Part shown: one piece after another, positions 17,103 to 25,384 of the stretch
Layout of the letters: the number at the start of each line of letters is the position of its first letter
Numbering within the stretch: position 1 is the first letter of the stretch
Assembly: GCA_016186205.1 (NCBI GenBank)
Contig: JACPMA010000014.1
Span: 74,409-138,408, forward strand
Reading direction: 5' to 3'
Length of the DNA stretch: 64,000 bases
From: Candidatus Peregrinibacteria bacterium
Lineage (GTDB): Bacteria > Patescibacteriota > Gracilibacteria > UBA1369 > UM-FILTER-53-11
The notes under the pieces: model-generated
Databases searched by the model: none
Told to the model about the DNA's origin: nothing
The model's input: the letters and a program-made list of their open reading frames with translations, nothing else
Translations under genes and position numbers: made by a program

Positions 17103-17875
17103 ATGAGTTTTAAAACGATAGTAAATAGAATCCATGTTGGCGCAGCGAGGATTTTTCCGCCAATTAAAGCCAAAAAACTGCCGAGCATGAGTAGCGGCAC
17201 GAACGGCAAAACAATAACATTTGCGAATGGAGCGATAAAAGAAATTCCGCCGAAGTGCCAAAAAATGAGCGGGGTTGTGAAAACCTGAGCTGCAAGCGTG
17301 GTTGCAAGAGAAGTACGGATAACAAAATTCTCCGGGATTTTTTTTAGAAAAAATTCAAAACGTTTGCTGAAAAGCAAAATACCGGCGGTGGCGGCAAAAG
17401 AAAGCTGAAATCCAATATCGGAAAAAAGAATGCTCGGATCAAAAAGAATCATGATGCCGGCTGTGATAACGAGTGCCCGCATGCCGGATGATTTTCGGCC
17501 CACGAGACGGGCAAAAAGCGACAGCGATCCCATAATGGCTGCGCGGACAACCGAGGCGCTCGCGCCGACAAGAAGAGTAAAAAGTAAAATTACCGCGAGC
17601 GAAATCCATGTGGAAATTTTTCGCGGCAAAAAAGAAAAAACCGCCGTAACAAATACGATAAGGATAATGATGTTATAACCGGAAATCGCCAAAATATGCG
17701 TAAGGCCGGCGCGGCGGAAATCCTCCAAGACCGCATAAGGTATGCTCCGCCGCGCGCCGAGCAAAATGCCGGCCGCAAAACTCGCTGCAGGCTCTGGAAA
17801 AAGCGAATCCAGCCGATCGATGAAGAATTGCCGAAGCGCGTTCAAAACCGTCTCCATGACGCGCCACTCTAGCAC
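17051..17875 (-). CDS. comEC: ComEC/Rec2-family protein (competence-channel domain only)
   Basis: 274 aa. LGARRSIPYAVLEDFRRAGLTHILAISGYNIIIL is the hallmark ComEC competence-domain motif. No OB-fold or metallo-beta-lactamase domains are present. Confidence 0.75.
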   Translation of the reverse strand: MLEWRVMETVLNALRQFFIDRLDSLFPEPAASFAAGILLGARRSIPYAVLEDFRRAGLTHILAISGYNIIILIVFVTAVFSFLPRKISTWISLAVILLFTLLVGASASVVRAAIMGSLSLFARLVGRKSSGMRALVITAGIMILFDPSILFSDIGFQLSFAATAGILLFSKRFEFFLKKIPENFVIRTSLATTLAAQVFTTPLIFWHFGGISFIAPFANVIVLPFVPLLMLGSFLALIGGKILAAPTWILFTIVLKLIHFFASLPFAFIDFGTS

Positions 17876-17910
17876 AACTTTATGAAATTTTTATGACAAA
17901 TTTATGACCA

Positions 17911-17936
17911 CTGCAATCCGCTCCTGCGGATTGCAG
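17911..17936. terminator. perfect 11-bp hairpin CTGCAATCCGC-TCCT-GCGGATTGCAG
   Basis: It lies between the 3' end of the lipoprotein gene (18012, minus strand) and the comEC start. No clean T-run on either strand. Confidence 0.4.
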
Positions 17937-18011
17937 CTTTATAAAAAACAAAAAACGAACATCCGAATTTTCGAAAATTTCCAATTTTTAGCGGCGAATT
18001 TTGCGCTTCCC

Positions 18012-18995
18012 CTATTTCACTTGCTCGGCACCCAGCGGATTATCAATCGGTGTTCCTGGCGGCAAATCCCCTGCCGGCAAACCGCCGCCGGCGCCATCCA
18101 AAGCGCCAAATGCGCCCAGTAACGGCAAAAGCATCAAAGGATTGAACTCTTTTGAGTCCGAAGGCTTGCTAACTGCAACATCTTTTCCATAATCCCAGCT
18201 TGAATAATCGATTTCAAACGAACTGCTCGGACCCTGCTTCGGCTGCACTGCCACGGTTCCTTTTACGCGATGGAGATAATCGTCATCGCCGACCCACACA
18301 GCGCCGCTGAATTCCACATCTTTCAAGCTGTCTCCGATGGCCAACTCTTCTTCCGGAGAAACTTGATTTTCTGTCAAACGCGCAGCATCCAGGATAAATT
18401 TCTTTAAAGCATCTTTATCCAAATCCACGGTGTATTTCACGTTTTTCATTCCCTGCACATCTTCCTCTCCGGCCTCGCGCGCATTCGTGAAAAATTTTGT
18501 CGTTTTAAAAGCTTCTTGCAATTCCTGCTGCTCCGAACCAAATTTTCCGATCGGATTTTCGCTTCCTGCAGGCAAAGACCACCAAGTATTAAGAACTGAT
18601 GCAAGTTGAGTATTTAGCGCTGCACCAGCCTCGCCGGGCATATTTAAAGTTCCAACTTTCACATACATTTTTTTATCAACGGAACGGAATAAAACTTCAC
18701 CTGATGCTTTTTGGCCATCAACATCAGCTTCCGCTTTCAGCACAGTATCGACTTTTGGAGAATCTTTATCCGAAGTATCGGTTTTGCCGGAAACATTTAT
18801 GGAAAATTTTACTTTACTCGGCGTTTCTCCAGGCGCCTGGATGGTTCCGCTCATCACAACAAGCGTGCTCATTTTTTTGACTTCAGCAAGCTTGCCAACC
18901 GCATCATTCACGGTTTTTTGAGGATCTTTTTTAAAAAGATTGCAGCCTGAAATAAACACCGTGACAAGAAGAAGCGCCGAAACAATTTTTTTCAT
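18012..18995 (-). CDS. lipoprotein (hypothetical)
   Basis: 327 aa. Lipobox LLVTVFISGC at residues 9-18 and a Gly/Pro-rich C-terminus. Confidence 0.65.
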   Translation of the reverse strand: MKKIVSALLLVTVFISGCNLFKKDPQKTVNDAVGKLAEVKKMSTLVVMSGTIQAPGETPSKVKFSINVSGKTDTSDKDSPKVDTVLKAEADVDGQKASGEVLFRSVDKKMYVKVGTLNMPGEAGAALNTQLASVLNTWWSLPAGSENPIGKFGSEQQELQEAFKTTKFFTNAREAGEEDVQGMKNVKYTVDLDKDALKKFILDAARLTENQVSPEEELAIGDSLKDVEFSGAVWVGDDDYLHRVKGTVAVQPKQGPSSSFEIDYSSWDYGKDVAVSKPSDSKEFNPLMLLPLLGAFGALDGAGGGLPAGDLPPGTPIDNPLGAEQVK

Positions 18996-19042
18996 AAATG
19001 AAGTAGAAATGTAATAAAGTACCGTTTTAAAGGTATAAGGTG

Positions 19043-19088
19043 TTTGCTTCGCAAACTTTATTTGTTAGCCTCGCTGCGGCTCGGCCTT
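19043..19088. repeat. intergenic repeat starting with the palindrome TTTGCTTCGCAAA (copy 1)
   Basis: The 13-nt core is identical to 55748-55760. Similarity with indels continues for about 45 nt. Both copies lie in divergent promoter regions. Confidence 0.45.
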
Positions 19089-19159
19089 AAAGTATATAAA
19101 GTAGACTGCAATGTCCAAAACGACCCCTCGCCTATTTTAGAAAAATATGGTACAATAAT

Positions 19160-21439
19160 ATGAAACCTATGCAAACAAAAAACATATTTTGGCGAGCTGC
19201 TGCGGTACTCGCGATTATGGGGATTTTCTTCCTCCCGTCGGCTTTTGCAAAATCAAGCAATACGCCGAAATTCGTTTCAAAAAAAACATTCGCAAAGCAA
19301 CTAGCGGTTGCCATAAACCTTCCGCCGGGAAAAAAAGAAAAGTGCTACAAAGATTTGAAAAAATCCGACAGTGCAACGCCATTCATCTGCGCTTTAAAAA
19401 AAGCCGGCGTTTTCTCTTCAAAGACAAAAAAATTCTCGCCGACAGCAAAAACGACTTGGAAATTTGCAGTAACGAGTATCTGTAAAGCCAAAAATTGGAC
19501 TGTGAAAAAAACATGGAAAGCGTGCTCAACCTATGCAAAAAAACACGGTTTTCCGGAAAACTTTCCGGAAAATACAAAAACAAAAATCCCGAAGGGCAAA
19601 CTTGCACAGCTTGTAAATATTGAGGCAGGAGCTCCGAAGAACACAGCTACTGTACTGCCTGAACCTATTACTGAAATAACGTCTGATGAAATTCCGCCTC
19701 GCGCAGCTGCATCGCTTGATTTCACACCAAATCCTGAAGGCACGATCGGCACGAACTTTTTTGCAAATATCGTTCTTTCTGCGCCGATGCCGAACCGCTT
19801 CTATAAAGACGAAGTGTATTTTGTTGATGGAGATCTTATTAACGCCACGGACGACGAAGTTTTCGCTTTTCTCTGCCGCGCCAATCAAGGTTGCGATGAA
19901 TCCATCAATTTTATTGAAAAAGTTGACGGCAGACATTTTCGCATTCCGGTGATTTTCCGCGAAACCGGCAATTTTCAAATCGGCATTATTCCGGGGCGCT
20001 CGGGCCAAAGCCGCGTGGAAAATATATCAGTACTGCCGGAATTCACTGCTCCGACAGCGACCGGTACCGCTCCGACAAATATCTCAATCGGCTATCAAAA
20101 GGGGAACACGGTTTTTCATTGGAACGGCCAGGGATCGCTCACGCATCTTCTCATCTATCAGGGAGAAAAACGGGTTGATTACTTTTTCCGCCAACAGCCG
20201 TCTTCGTTTACCATACCTTCAGCTGACTTTGCGGATTTCAAAAAAGGTTCTGCCGGATGGCTTATAGAACACGACGGCGCAGGAAGCGAACCGCAAATCA
20301 TGACAGTCACCGTCCAGGATTTACGGAAAATTGAGGATGATTCCATTGAAGTTTTAAGCATGCCGGAAGTGCTTCCGACTCCCGGGAAATTCACGTTCAG
20401 CGGCAAAGCCAAAAAACCGGTTGCTAAAAAAATCGCCGTAACGCTGCCAAACGGAAAAGTTGAAGAATTTTCAGCAAACGATAAGGATTTTTCGGAAGGG
20501 CAATCCATTGCTTTTGAAAAAGATTTTTCGGAAACCGGAACCTATATTTTCGAAGTGAATAATCCGGAGGGCTCTGCGGTGGTTAATGTGCCGATTTATG
20601 TCGGCACAGCCATTCCGCTTATTCCTGATTATTTCGCGCTCAATGAACCGGAACTTGATCCGTCTTTACTTACAGACTTAAGCAAAGCCCGCACAAAACT
20701 TTTGGAGCTTATTAATGCTGATCGCGCGGAAAACGGACTAACTGCTGTCAGTCTTGCAGGTGATCTTAACAGTATCGCACAAAACCACGCACGAAACATG
20801 GTGAATCTGAATTTCTTCGGCCACGTTGATCCAGCCGGCAACAGCCCGGATGACCGCCGGAAAAAAGCAGGCATCACAACGCCGATCCGCGAAAATCTCG
20901 GAAAGGCTTCTTCGCTTGAACTCGTGGAGTTTGGCCTTATGCGAAGCCCGATTCACCGCGCGGCTATCATCGATCCGGAAATGAAACGGGTCGGCCTAGG
21001 CATTGTGAAAAATTCGGAAGGATATTATTTCGTAACGCAAAATTTTGCGGATATGCCGCTTTTGGCAAGCGACCTTCCTAATTTGGAAAATGAATTATTC
21101 ACGGCCGCCAATAGCCAGCGCACCGCTTCAAATCTTTCCGCGTTAAGCCACGATTCTCTACTTCGAAGTTCTGCGCAGAACTGGTCGAAACAAATGGTCA
21201 GCGAAAACTTTTTCGGTGTTTCGAGTCCATCCGGACAAAAACTCATTGATACGCTCCGCAACCAAGGCATCGACACTTCCATTCAAAGCTACATCGTTGA
21301 AGTCGGGCAAAAAACGCAGTTGGAACCCGAAATTTTAAAGCAGGGAGGATTAAAGGAAAGCGCAAACCTCAAAATCGGCATCGGCTTAGCAATAAATTCA
21401 GCCGGTGAAATTTTCGCAACTGTTATATATACTCCGTAA
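19160..21439 (+). CDS. secreted protein with two CAP/SCP (YkwD-like) domains
   Basis: 759 aa with a signal peptide. CAP signatures NHARNMVNLNFFGHVDPAGNSPDDR and NWSKQMVSENFFGVSSPSGQ. Confidence 0.75.
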   Translation: MKPMQTKNIFWRAAAVLAIMGIFFLPSAFAKSSNTPKFVSKKTFAKQLAVAINLPPGKKEKCYKDLKKSDSATPFICALKKAGVFSSKTKKFSPTAKTTWKFAVTSICKAKNWTVKKTWKACSTYAKKHGFPENFPENTKTKIPKGKLAQLVNIEAGAPKNTATVLPEPITEITSDEIPPRAAASLDFTPNPEGTIGTNFFANIVLSAPMPNRFYKDEVYFVDGDLINATDDEVFAFLCRANQGCDESINFIEKVDGRHFRIPVIFRETGNFQIGIIPGRSGQSRVENISVLPEFTAPTATGTAPTNISIGYQKGNTVFHWNGQGSLTHLLIYQGEKRVDYFFRQQPSSFTIPSADFADFKKGSAGWLIEHDGAGSEPQIMTVTVQDLRKIEDDSIEVLSMPEVLPTPGKFTFSGKAKKPVAKKIAVTLPNGKVEEFSANDKDFSEGQSIAFEKDFSETGTYIFEVNNPEGSAVVNVPIYVGTAIPLIPDYFALNEPELDPSLLTDLSKARTKLLELINADRAENGLTAVSLAGDLNSIAQNHARNMVNLNFFGHVDPAGNSPDDRRKKAGITTPIRENLGKASSLELVEFGLMRSPIHRAAIIDPEMKRVGLGIVKNSEGYYFVTQNFADMPLLASDLPNLENELFTAANSQRTASNLSALSHDSLLRSSAQNWSKQMVSENFFGVSSPSGQKLIDTLRNQGIDTSIQSYIVEVGQKTQLEPEILKQGGLKESANLKIGIGLAINSAGEIFATVIYTP

Positions 21440-21477
21440 AAAAAAACTTAAAGAGTAATTTTTCACGAATTTTAGGA

Positions 21478-21657
21478 ATCAGTGGGCAGGGATTTTTTCT
21501 TGACCTGCCCTCCGGTGTGACCGAAAGGGCTTCGCGCTCGCTAAAACGCTGAATCGGTCGCTTCGCTCCTAGCTTCAGCGTTTCTTAACGCGGCGCTCAG
21601 CCTCTTTCGGTTCACACATCCTCGGGACGGTCTACAAAAAAATCCCTGCCCACTGAT
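21478..21657. other. 180-nt long imperfect hairpin element (candidate ncRNA or MITE)
   Basis: A 21-bp closing helix ATCAGTGGGCAGGGATTTTTT (21478-21498) pairs with AAAAAATCCCTGCCCACTGAT (21637-21657). Nested arms: GTGTGACCGAAAGGG with CCTCTTTCGGTTCACAC, and AAAACGCTGAA with TTCAGCGTTT. Confidence 0.5.
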
Positions 21658-21664
21658 TGCAAGA

Positions 21665-21832
21665 GAAATCCCGCAGGCATGGCTCCCGAAGCGGGACATG
21701 AGCGACCGGCTGCAGAAGGGTGAGTTTTTTGCTGATCAGCCGGTCGCGATTAAGGCGAGGTGAAGATGGTGATAGGCTATAAGGTGGCACTGCCGAGACG
21801 GTCCCGCGGAGGGAACCTGCCTGCGGGATTTC
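21665..21832. other. 168-nt multi-stem structured element (candidate ncRNA)
   Basis: A perfect 15-bp closing helix GAAATCCCGCAGGCA (21665-21679) pairs with TGCCTGCGGGATTTC (21818-21832). Internal perfect 11-bp hairpin: GCGACCGGCTG (21702-21712) with CAGCCGGTCGC (21737-21747). GCGGGAC and GTCCCGC are also complementary. Confidence 0.5.
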
Positions 21833-21916
21833 ATTCCATAAGTTCAAGATACATATTGCACTTCCGTTATATACATGCCTGTTATCTACACGCCGTGAAA
21901 TTTGGTAGTATTATAG

Positions 21917-23344
21917 TTGCGTGTGAATAATTTTAGCAGTAGAAAAATTCGGTCTCGGCCGCCTCGCAAACCATTAAGCGAAAAGGCAAAACACAACATC
22001 GCCGCGGCAATCATCCTGATACTGGTCGTTTTGGTGCTTTATATCATGGGTGTCCGCCTCTTGAGCAAATTGAGTTCTTCCAGAATCCTCGGATGGTTTT
22101 CTGGCATGGTCGGCAAAAATCTCCTTGTTGATGAACAAAATCACACGAATATTCTTCTTCTTGGCGTCGGCGGCGAGGGGCATGAAGGCAAAGATCTTAC
22201 GGATACAATCATTGTCGCAAGCATAGATCAAACAAATTCCTGGGTTTCCATGCTTTCAATTCCGCGCGATTTGTATGTTGAGTCAACGCTGGGCGGAAGT
22301 CGCGTGAATCGGCTCTATGAAAAAGGGAAAGATAAATGGGGATCAGAACAAGGGCTGGATTTTACGCGCGCAACGCTCGAAGAAGTCCTTGATATTCCAA
22401 TACACTACAGCATCAAAGTTGATTTTGAGGCTTTTGAAGAAATCATTGATGCAGTAGACGGTATTGATGTGTATGTCGAGCAAAATATCAATGATCCGGA
22501 ATATCCGCGCGACGGCACTTATGAATTTGAACCTTTTTATCTCTCAAAAGGACTTCAGCATCTCGACGGAAAAACGGCTCTTAAATATGTGCGATCGCGC
22601 CACTCGAGTTCCGATTTTGACCGCAGCCGACGGCAGCATGAAGCGCTTTTGGCTTTTAAGAAAAAGGCGAAAGAGGAAAATTTACTAGGAAAGAAAAGTT
22701 TCTTAAAAGAACTTTATTATTCTTTAAACGACCACGTGGAAACAAATTTTTCGCTGCGGGAACTTGTTACGCTCGCAGATTTTGCCGCACGATGGAATTC
22801 GGATCAATTCACAAGCGCCACCTTGAGCGACGAACCGATTTTCCGAGGCGGCCTGCTTTATCCGCCGCTGCGTGAGCGATTCGGCGGGGCTTATGTGCTG
22901 CTTCCGGCCGGCGATTCGTACGATGCTCTTCGATATTTTATCCAGCTCATATTTTACGGCCCGAGAAATATCGAACGGTTTCCGCTTGCGGTCCTAAATG
23001 GCACTGAAACATCCGGCTTGGCCGCTAAAGCTCGCAATATCCTGAATCGATTTGGAATAAAATTTGCCGCGCTCGGCAATGCTCGGACTCAAACTCTTGC
23101 AACAACGACTTGGTATCCTGTTTCTCCGGACGCCGGACCGCTCGCTGAATTTCTACAAAAATTGATCCCCGGCTCTATTCAAACCGCTGTTCCGGAAGAA
23201 TATCGGCAAAATCCGAAATTCGCCGATGCAAAAATCATTCTTGAGCTCGGCGCCGATGCCATGCCTGTAATCGAAAAATTAGATATATTTAAAAATGTTG
23301 TGGAACTGAAGGCGCCTGCGGCTGGAACTACAACAAATGAATAA
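21917..23344 (+). CDS. LytR-CpsA-Psr (LCP) family cell-wall polymer transferase with LytR_C-like tail
   Basis: 475 aa. TM helix, then LLLGVGGEGHEGKDLTDTIIVASID...LSIPRDLYV...VRSRH. The ORF-track start is a TTG, so the exact start is uncertain. Confidence 0.85.
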   Translation: MRVNNFSSRKIRSRPPRKPLSEKAKHNIAAAIILILVVLVLYIMGVRLLSKLSSSRILGWFSGMVGKNLLVDEQNHTNILLLGVGGEGHEGKDLTDTIIVASIDQTNSWVSMLSIPRDLYVESTLGGSRVNRLYEKGKDKWGSEQGLDFTRATLEEVLDIPIHYSIKVDFEAFEEIIDAVDGIDVYVEQNINDPEYPRDGTYEFEPFYLSKGLQHLDGKTALKYVRSRHSSSDFDRSRRQHEALLAFKKKAKEENLLGKKSFLKELYYSLNDHVETNFSLRELVTLADFAARWNSDQFTSATLSDEPIFRGGLLYPPLRERFGGAYVLLPAGDSYDALRYFIQLIFYGPRNIERFPLAVLNGTETSGLAAKARNILNRFGIKFAALGNARTQTLATTTWYPVSPDAGPLAEFLQKLIPGSIQTAVPEEYRQNPKFADAKIILELGADAMPVIEKLDIFKNVVELKAPAAGTTTNE

Positions 23345-23349
23345 TATTT

Positions 23350-24228
23350 ATGCTCTCCACTCTTCTCTTTTCTCTTTTCTTTGAAACCATTGAGCCTTCG
23401 TACGGCACCTTTGTCCAATTTGTGCCGGCGCATATCTCGACGGCTGCGGAAACCGAGAAGGCGCCGCGCAAAAGAGGAGACAGCTTGGTGCCTGTTATTG
23501 AAGCAAAATCCATATACGCCATTGATCTCAAAACGGATACTCCATTGCTCGCGCGCGACATTTTTACACGGCGATCCATCGCTTCGATCGGAAAACTCAT
23601 AACGGCCATGGTGATTCTCGACCGCCATAAACTCGATGAAAAAATAATTGTCAGTAAAAATGCCGCGGAGGAACAGGGATCTAAAATGGGGCTCAAGACC
23701 GGCGAAGAAATAACTGTGGAAAATCTCCTTATGGGCATGCTCATCGCTTCCGGCAACGATGCGGCAAAAGCGCTTGCGGAGTTTGATTCGGGTTCGGAAG
23801 ACGTTTTTGTTTTTAAAATGAATGAAAAAGCGCGCTCACTCGGCCTGAAAGACACCCATTTCTCCAATGCAAAAGGATTTGATGAACCGGAAAATTATTC
23901 CACGGCCTATGATGCGTCTATTTTTGCAAAAGCGGCGCTCAATTATCCTTTTATCCGAAAAACCGTGGCTCTAAAAACAACAACGGTGACTTCTGCAAGC
24001 GGAAAAACAAAACACCTTCTCGAAAGCACGAATGAACTCCTCGAAAATCCTTATTGGAAAGTCGTCGGACTCAAAACCGGCCGCACGCCTGCAGCCGGAC
24101 AATCATTTGTGGCCCTTGCAGAGGGACCGAATGGACGCAATATTCTTACAATCGTCCTCGACAGCCCGAGCCGCTTCAAGGAAACAAAGATTCTGATAGA
24201 CTGGATCTTGCGGAATTATGAATTTTGA
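23350..24228 (+). CDS. D-alanyl-D-alanine carboxypeptidase (peptidase S11, PBP5/6-like)
   Basis: 292 aa. SxxK (SIGK), SxN (SGN in IASGNDAA) and KTG (LKTGRT) motifs. Confidence 0.8.
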   Translation: MLSTLLFSLFFETIEPSYGTFVQFVPAHISTAAETEKAPRKRGDSLVPVIEAKSIYAIDLKTDTPLLARDIFTRRSIASIGKLITAMVILDRHKLDEKIIVSKNAAEEQGSKMGLKTGEEITVENLLMGMLIASGNDAAKALAEFDSGSEDVFVFKMNEKARSLGLKDTHFSNAKGFDEPENYSTAYDASIFAKAALNYPFIRKTVALKTTTVTSASGKTKHLLESTNELLENPYWKVVGLKTGRTPAAGQSFVALAEGPNGRNILTIVLDSPSRFKETKILIDWILRNYEF

Positions 24229-25231
24229 ATTTTCTATCGACATAGGCACCGCGCTCCGCCATTTTTCCCTTATTTTCGGCCTAGCTATAACGAGCTTTTT
24301 CGTCGTTACGCTTGCCACACCTCCTTTTTACCGCTTCCTAAATCATTTCCAGCTCAAAAAAAGGCTGCGCACGGAAGCTGCTGACGGAAAATCGGCGCCG
24401 ATTTTTCTTAAACTTCATAAAGATAAAGAGGGCACTCCGACTATGGGCGGCATTCTCATCTGGGCCACGGCTGCATTCATCGTTCTCCTTTCACCGTTGG
24501 CTCAAAAATTCGGCATCACCAAATTTTCCCTCTTTAATCGCAACGAAACGTATCTTCCGGTTTTCACGCTACTTGCCTGTGCGCTCCTCGGACTCGCCGA
24601 CGATTTCCTCAACATTATGAACGGAAAAACAAAAGGTCTTCGGGTAAAACCGAAATTTCTTTGGCTAACGCTTTTTGGAATTCTCGGCGGCCTTTGGTTC
24701 CACTTCAAGCTCGGATTCGACTTCATCCATATTCCCGGCCTCGGAAATTTTACGATCGGCGCATGGTATATCGTCTTATTTGCGTTCATTATCGTCGCGA
24801 GCGCCAATGCAGTAAACATCACCGACGGCCTTGACGGCCTTGCAGGCGGCCTCATTGTTATCAGCTTTATAGCGCTCGGCATCATCGCATATATTCAGGG
24901 ACTCGTTATACTTGCGGCTTTCTGCGCAATCATCGTCGGAGCCACTCTCGCTTTTTTGTGGTTTAACATTCCGCCGGCGCTCTTTTATATGGGCGATACC
25001 GGCGCTCTGGCGCTAGGCGCAACCATGGGCGTTATCGCCATGCTAACCAACTCTATTCTCATTCTGCCGTTCATAGCTTTTGTTTTTGTACTTGAGGCTT
25101 TCTCTTCTCTAGCACAGCTTTTATGGAAAAAATGGTTCAACAAAAAAATCTTCATTATTGCGCCGCTCCATCACCATTTTGAAGCAAAAGGCTGGCCTGA
25201 ACTTGATGTCGGGAGCGTAAGGAACCGCTGA
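24218..25231 (+). CDS. mraY: phospho-N-acetylmuramoyl-pentapeptide transferase, ending about 20 aa early
   Basis: 337 aa. TPTMGGILI, NAVNITDGLDGLAGG and PLHHHFEAKGWPE motifs. The ORF stops 9 aa after GWPE, at a TGA inside the 25219-25384 palindrome. Confidence 0.9.
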   Translation: MNFEFSIDIGTALRHFSLIFGLAITSFFVVTLATPPFYRFLNHFQLKKRLRTEAADGKSAPIFLKLHKDKEGTPTMGGILIWATAAFIVLLSPLAQKFGITKFSLFNRNETYLPVFTLLACALLGLADDFLNIMNGKTKGLRVKPKFLWLTLFGILGGLWFHFKLGFDFIHIPGLGNFTIGAWYIVLFAFIIVASANAVNITDGLDGLAGGLIVISFIALGIIAYIQGLVILAAFCAIIVGATLAFLWFNIPPALFYMGDTGALALGATMGVIAMLTNSILILPFIAFVFVLEAFSSLAQLLWKKWFNKKIFIIAPLHHHFEAKGWPELDVGSVRNR

Positions 25232-25384
25232 AAAACTATGTTTAAAAGCGAAAATTACAAAATTCGAGCGAAAACTTTGAAGGCCGACGAAGCCGTATCA
25301 GGTTTGATACGGCGAGGAGGCGTGAAAAGTTTGCAGCCGAATTTTGTAATTTGCAGCTTAAAGAGAGTTTTTCAGCGGTTCCTT
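25219..25384. repeat. 166-bp near-perfect palindromic element between convergent genes
   Basis: Terminal arms AAGGAACCGCTGAAAAACT (25219-25237) and AGTTTTTCAGCGGTTCCTT (25366-25384) are exact reverse complements. Nested arms: GAAAATTACAAAATTCG with CGAATTTTGTAATTTGC. Apex hairpin: CCGTATCA-GGTT-TGATACGG. Confidence 0.7.

Noticed and set aside
21665-21832. A cobalamin riboswitch or RNase P RNA assignment for the structured module.
   Set aside because: Only short fragments resemble the B12 box or RNase P CR-I/CR-V. The element (168 nt) is too short for bacterial RNase P. The core AGGGAA/GCCACTG arrangement of B12 riboswitches is not reproduced. The downstream gene (LCP) has no B12 link. It is left as an unassigned structured element.
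21632-21847. A 71-aa minus-strand ORF inside the structured intergenic modules.
   Set aside because: It is a Pro/Ser/Leu-rich translation of palindromic DNA with no start context. It more likely reflects the RNA/DNA structure than a gene.
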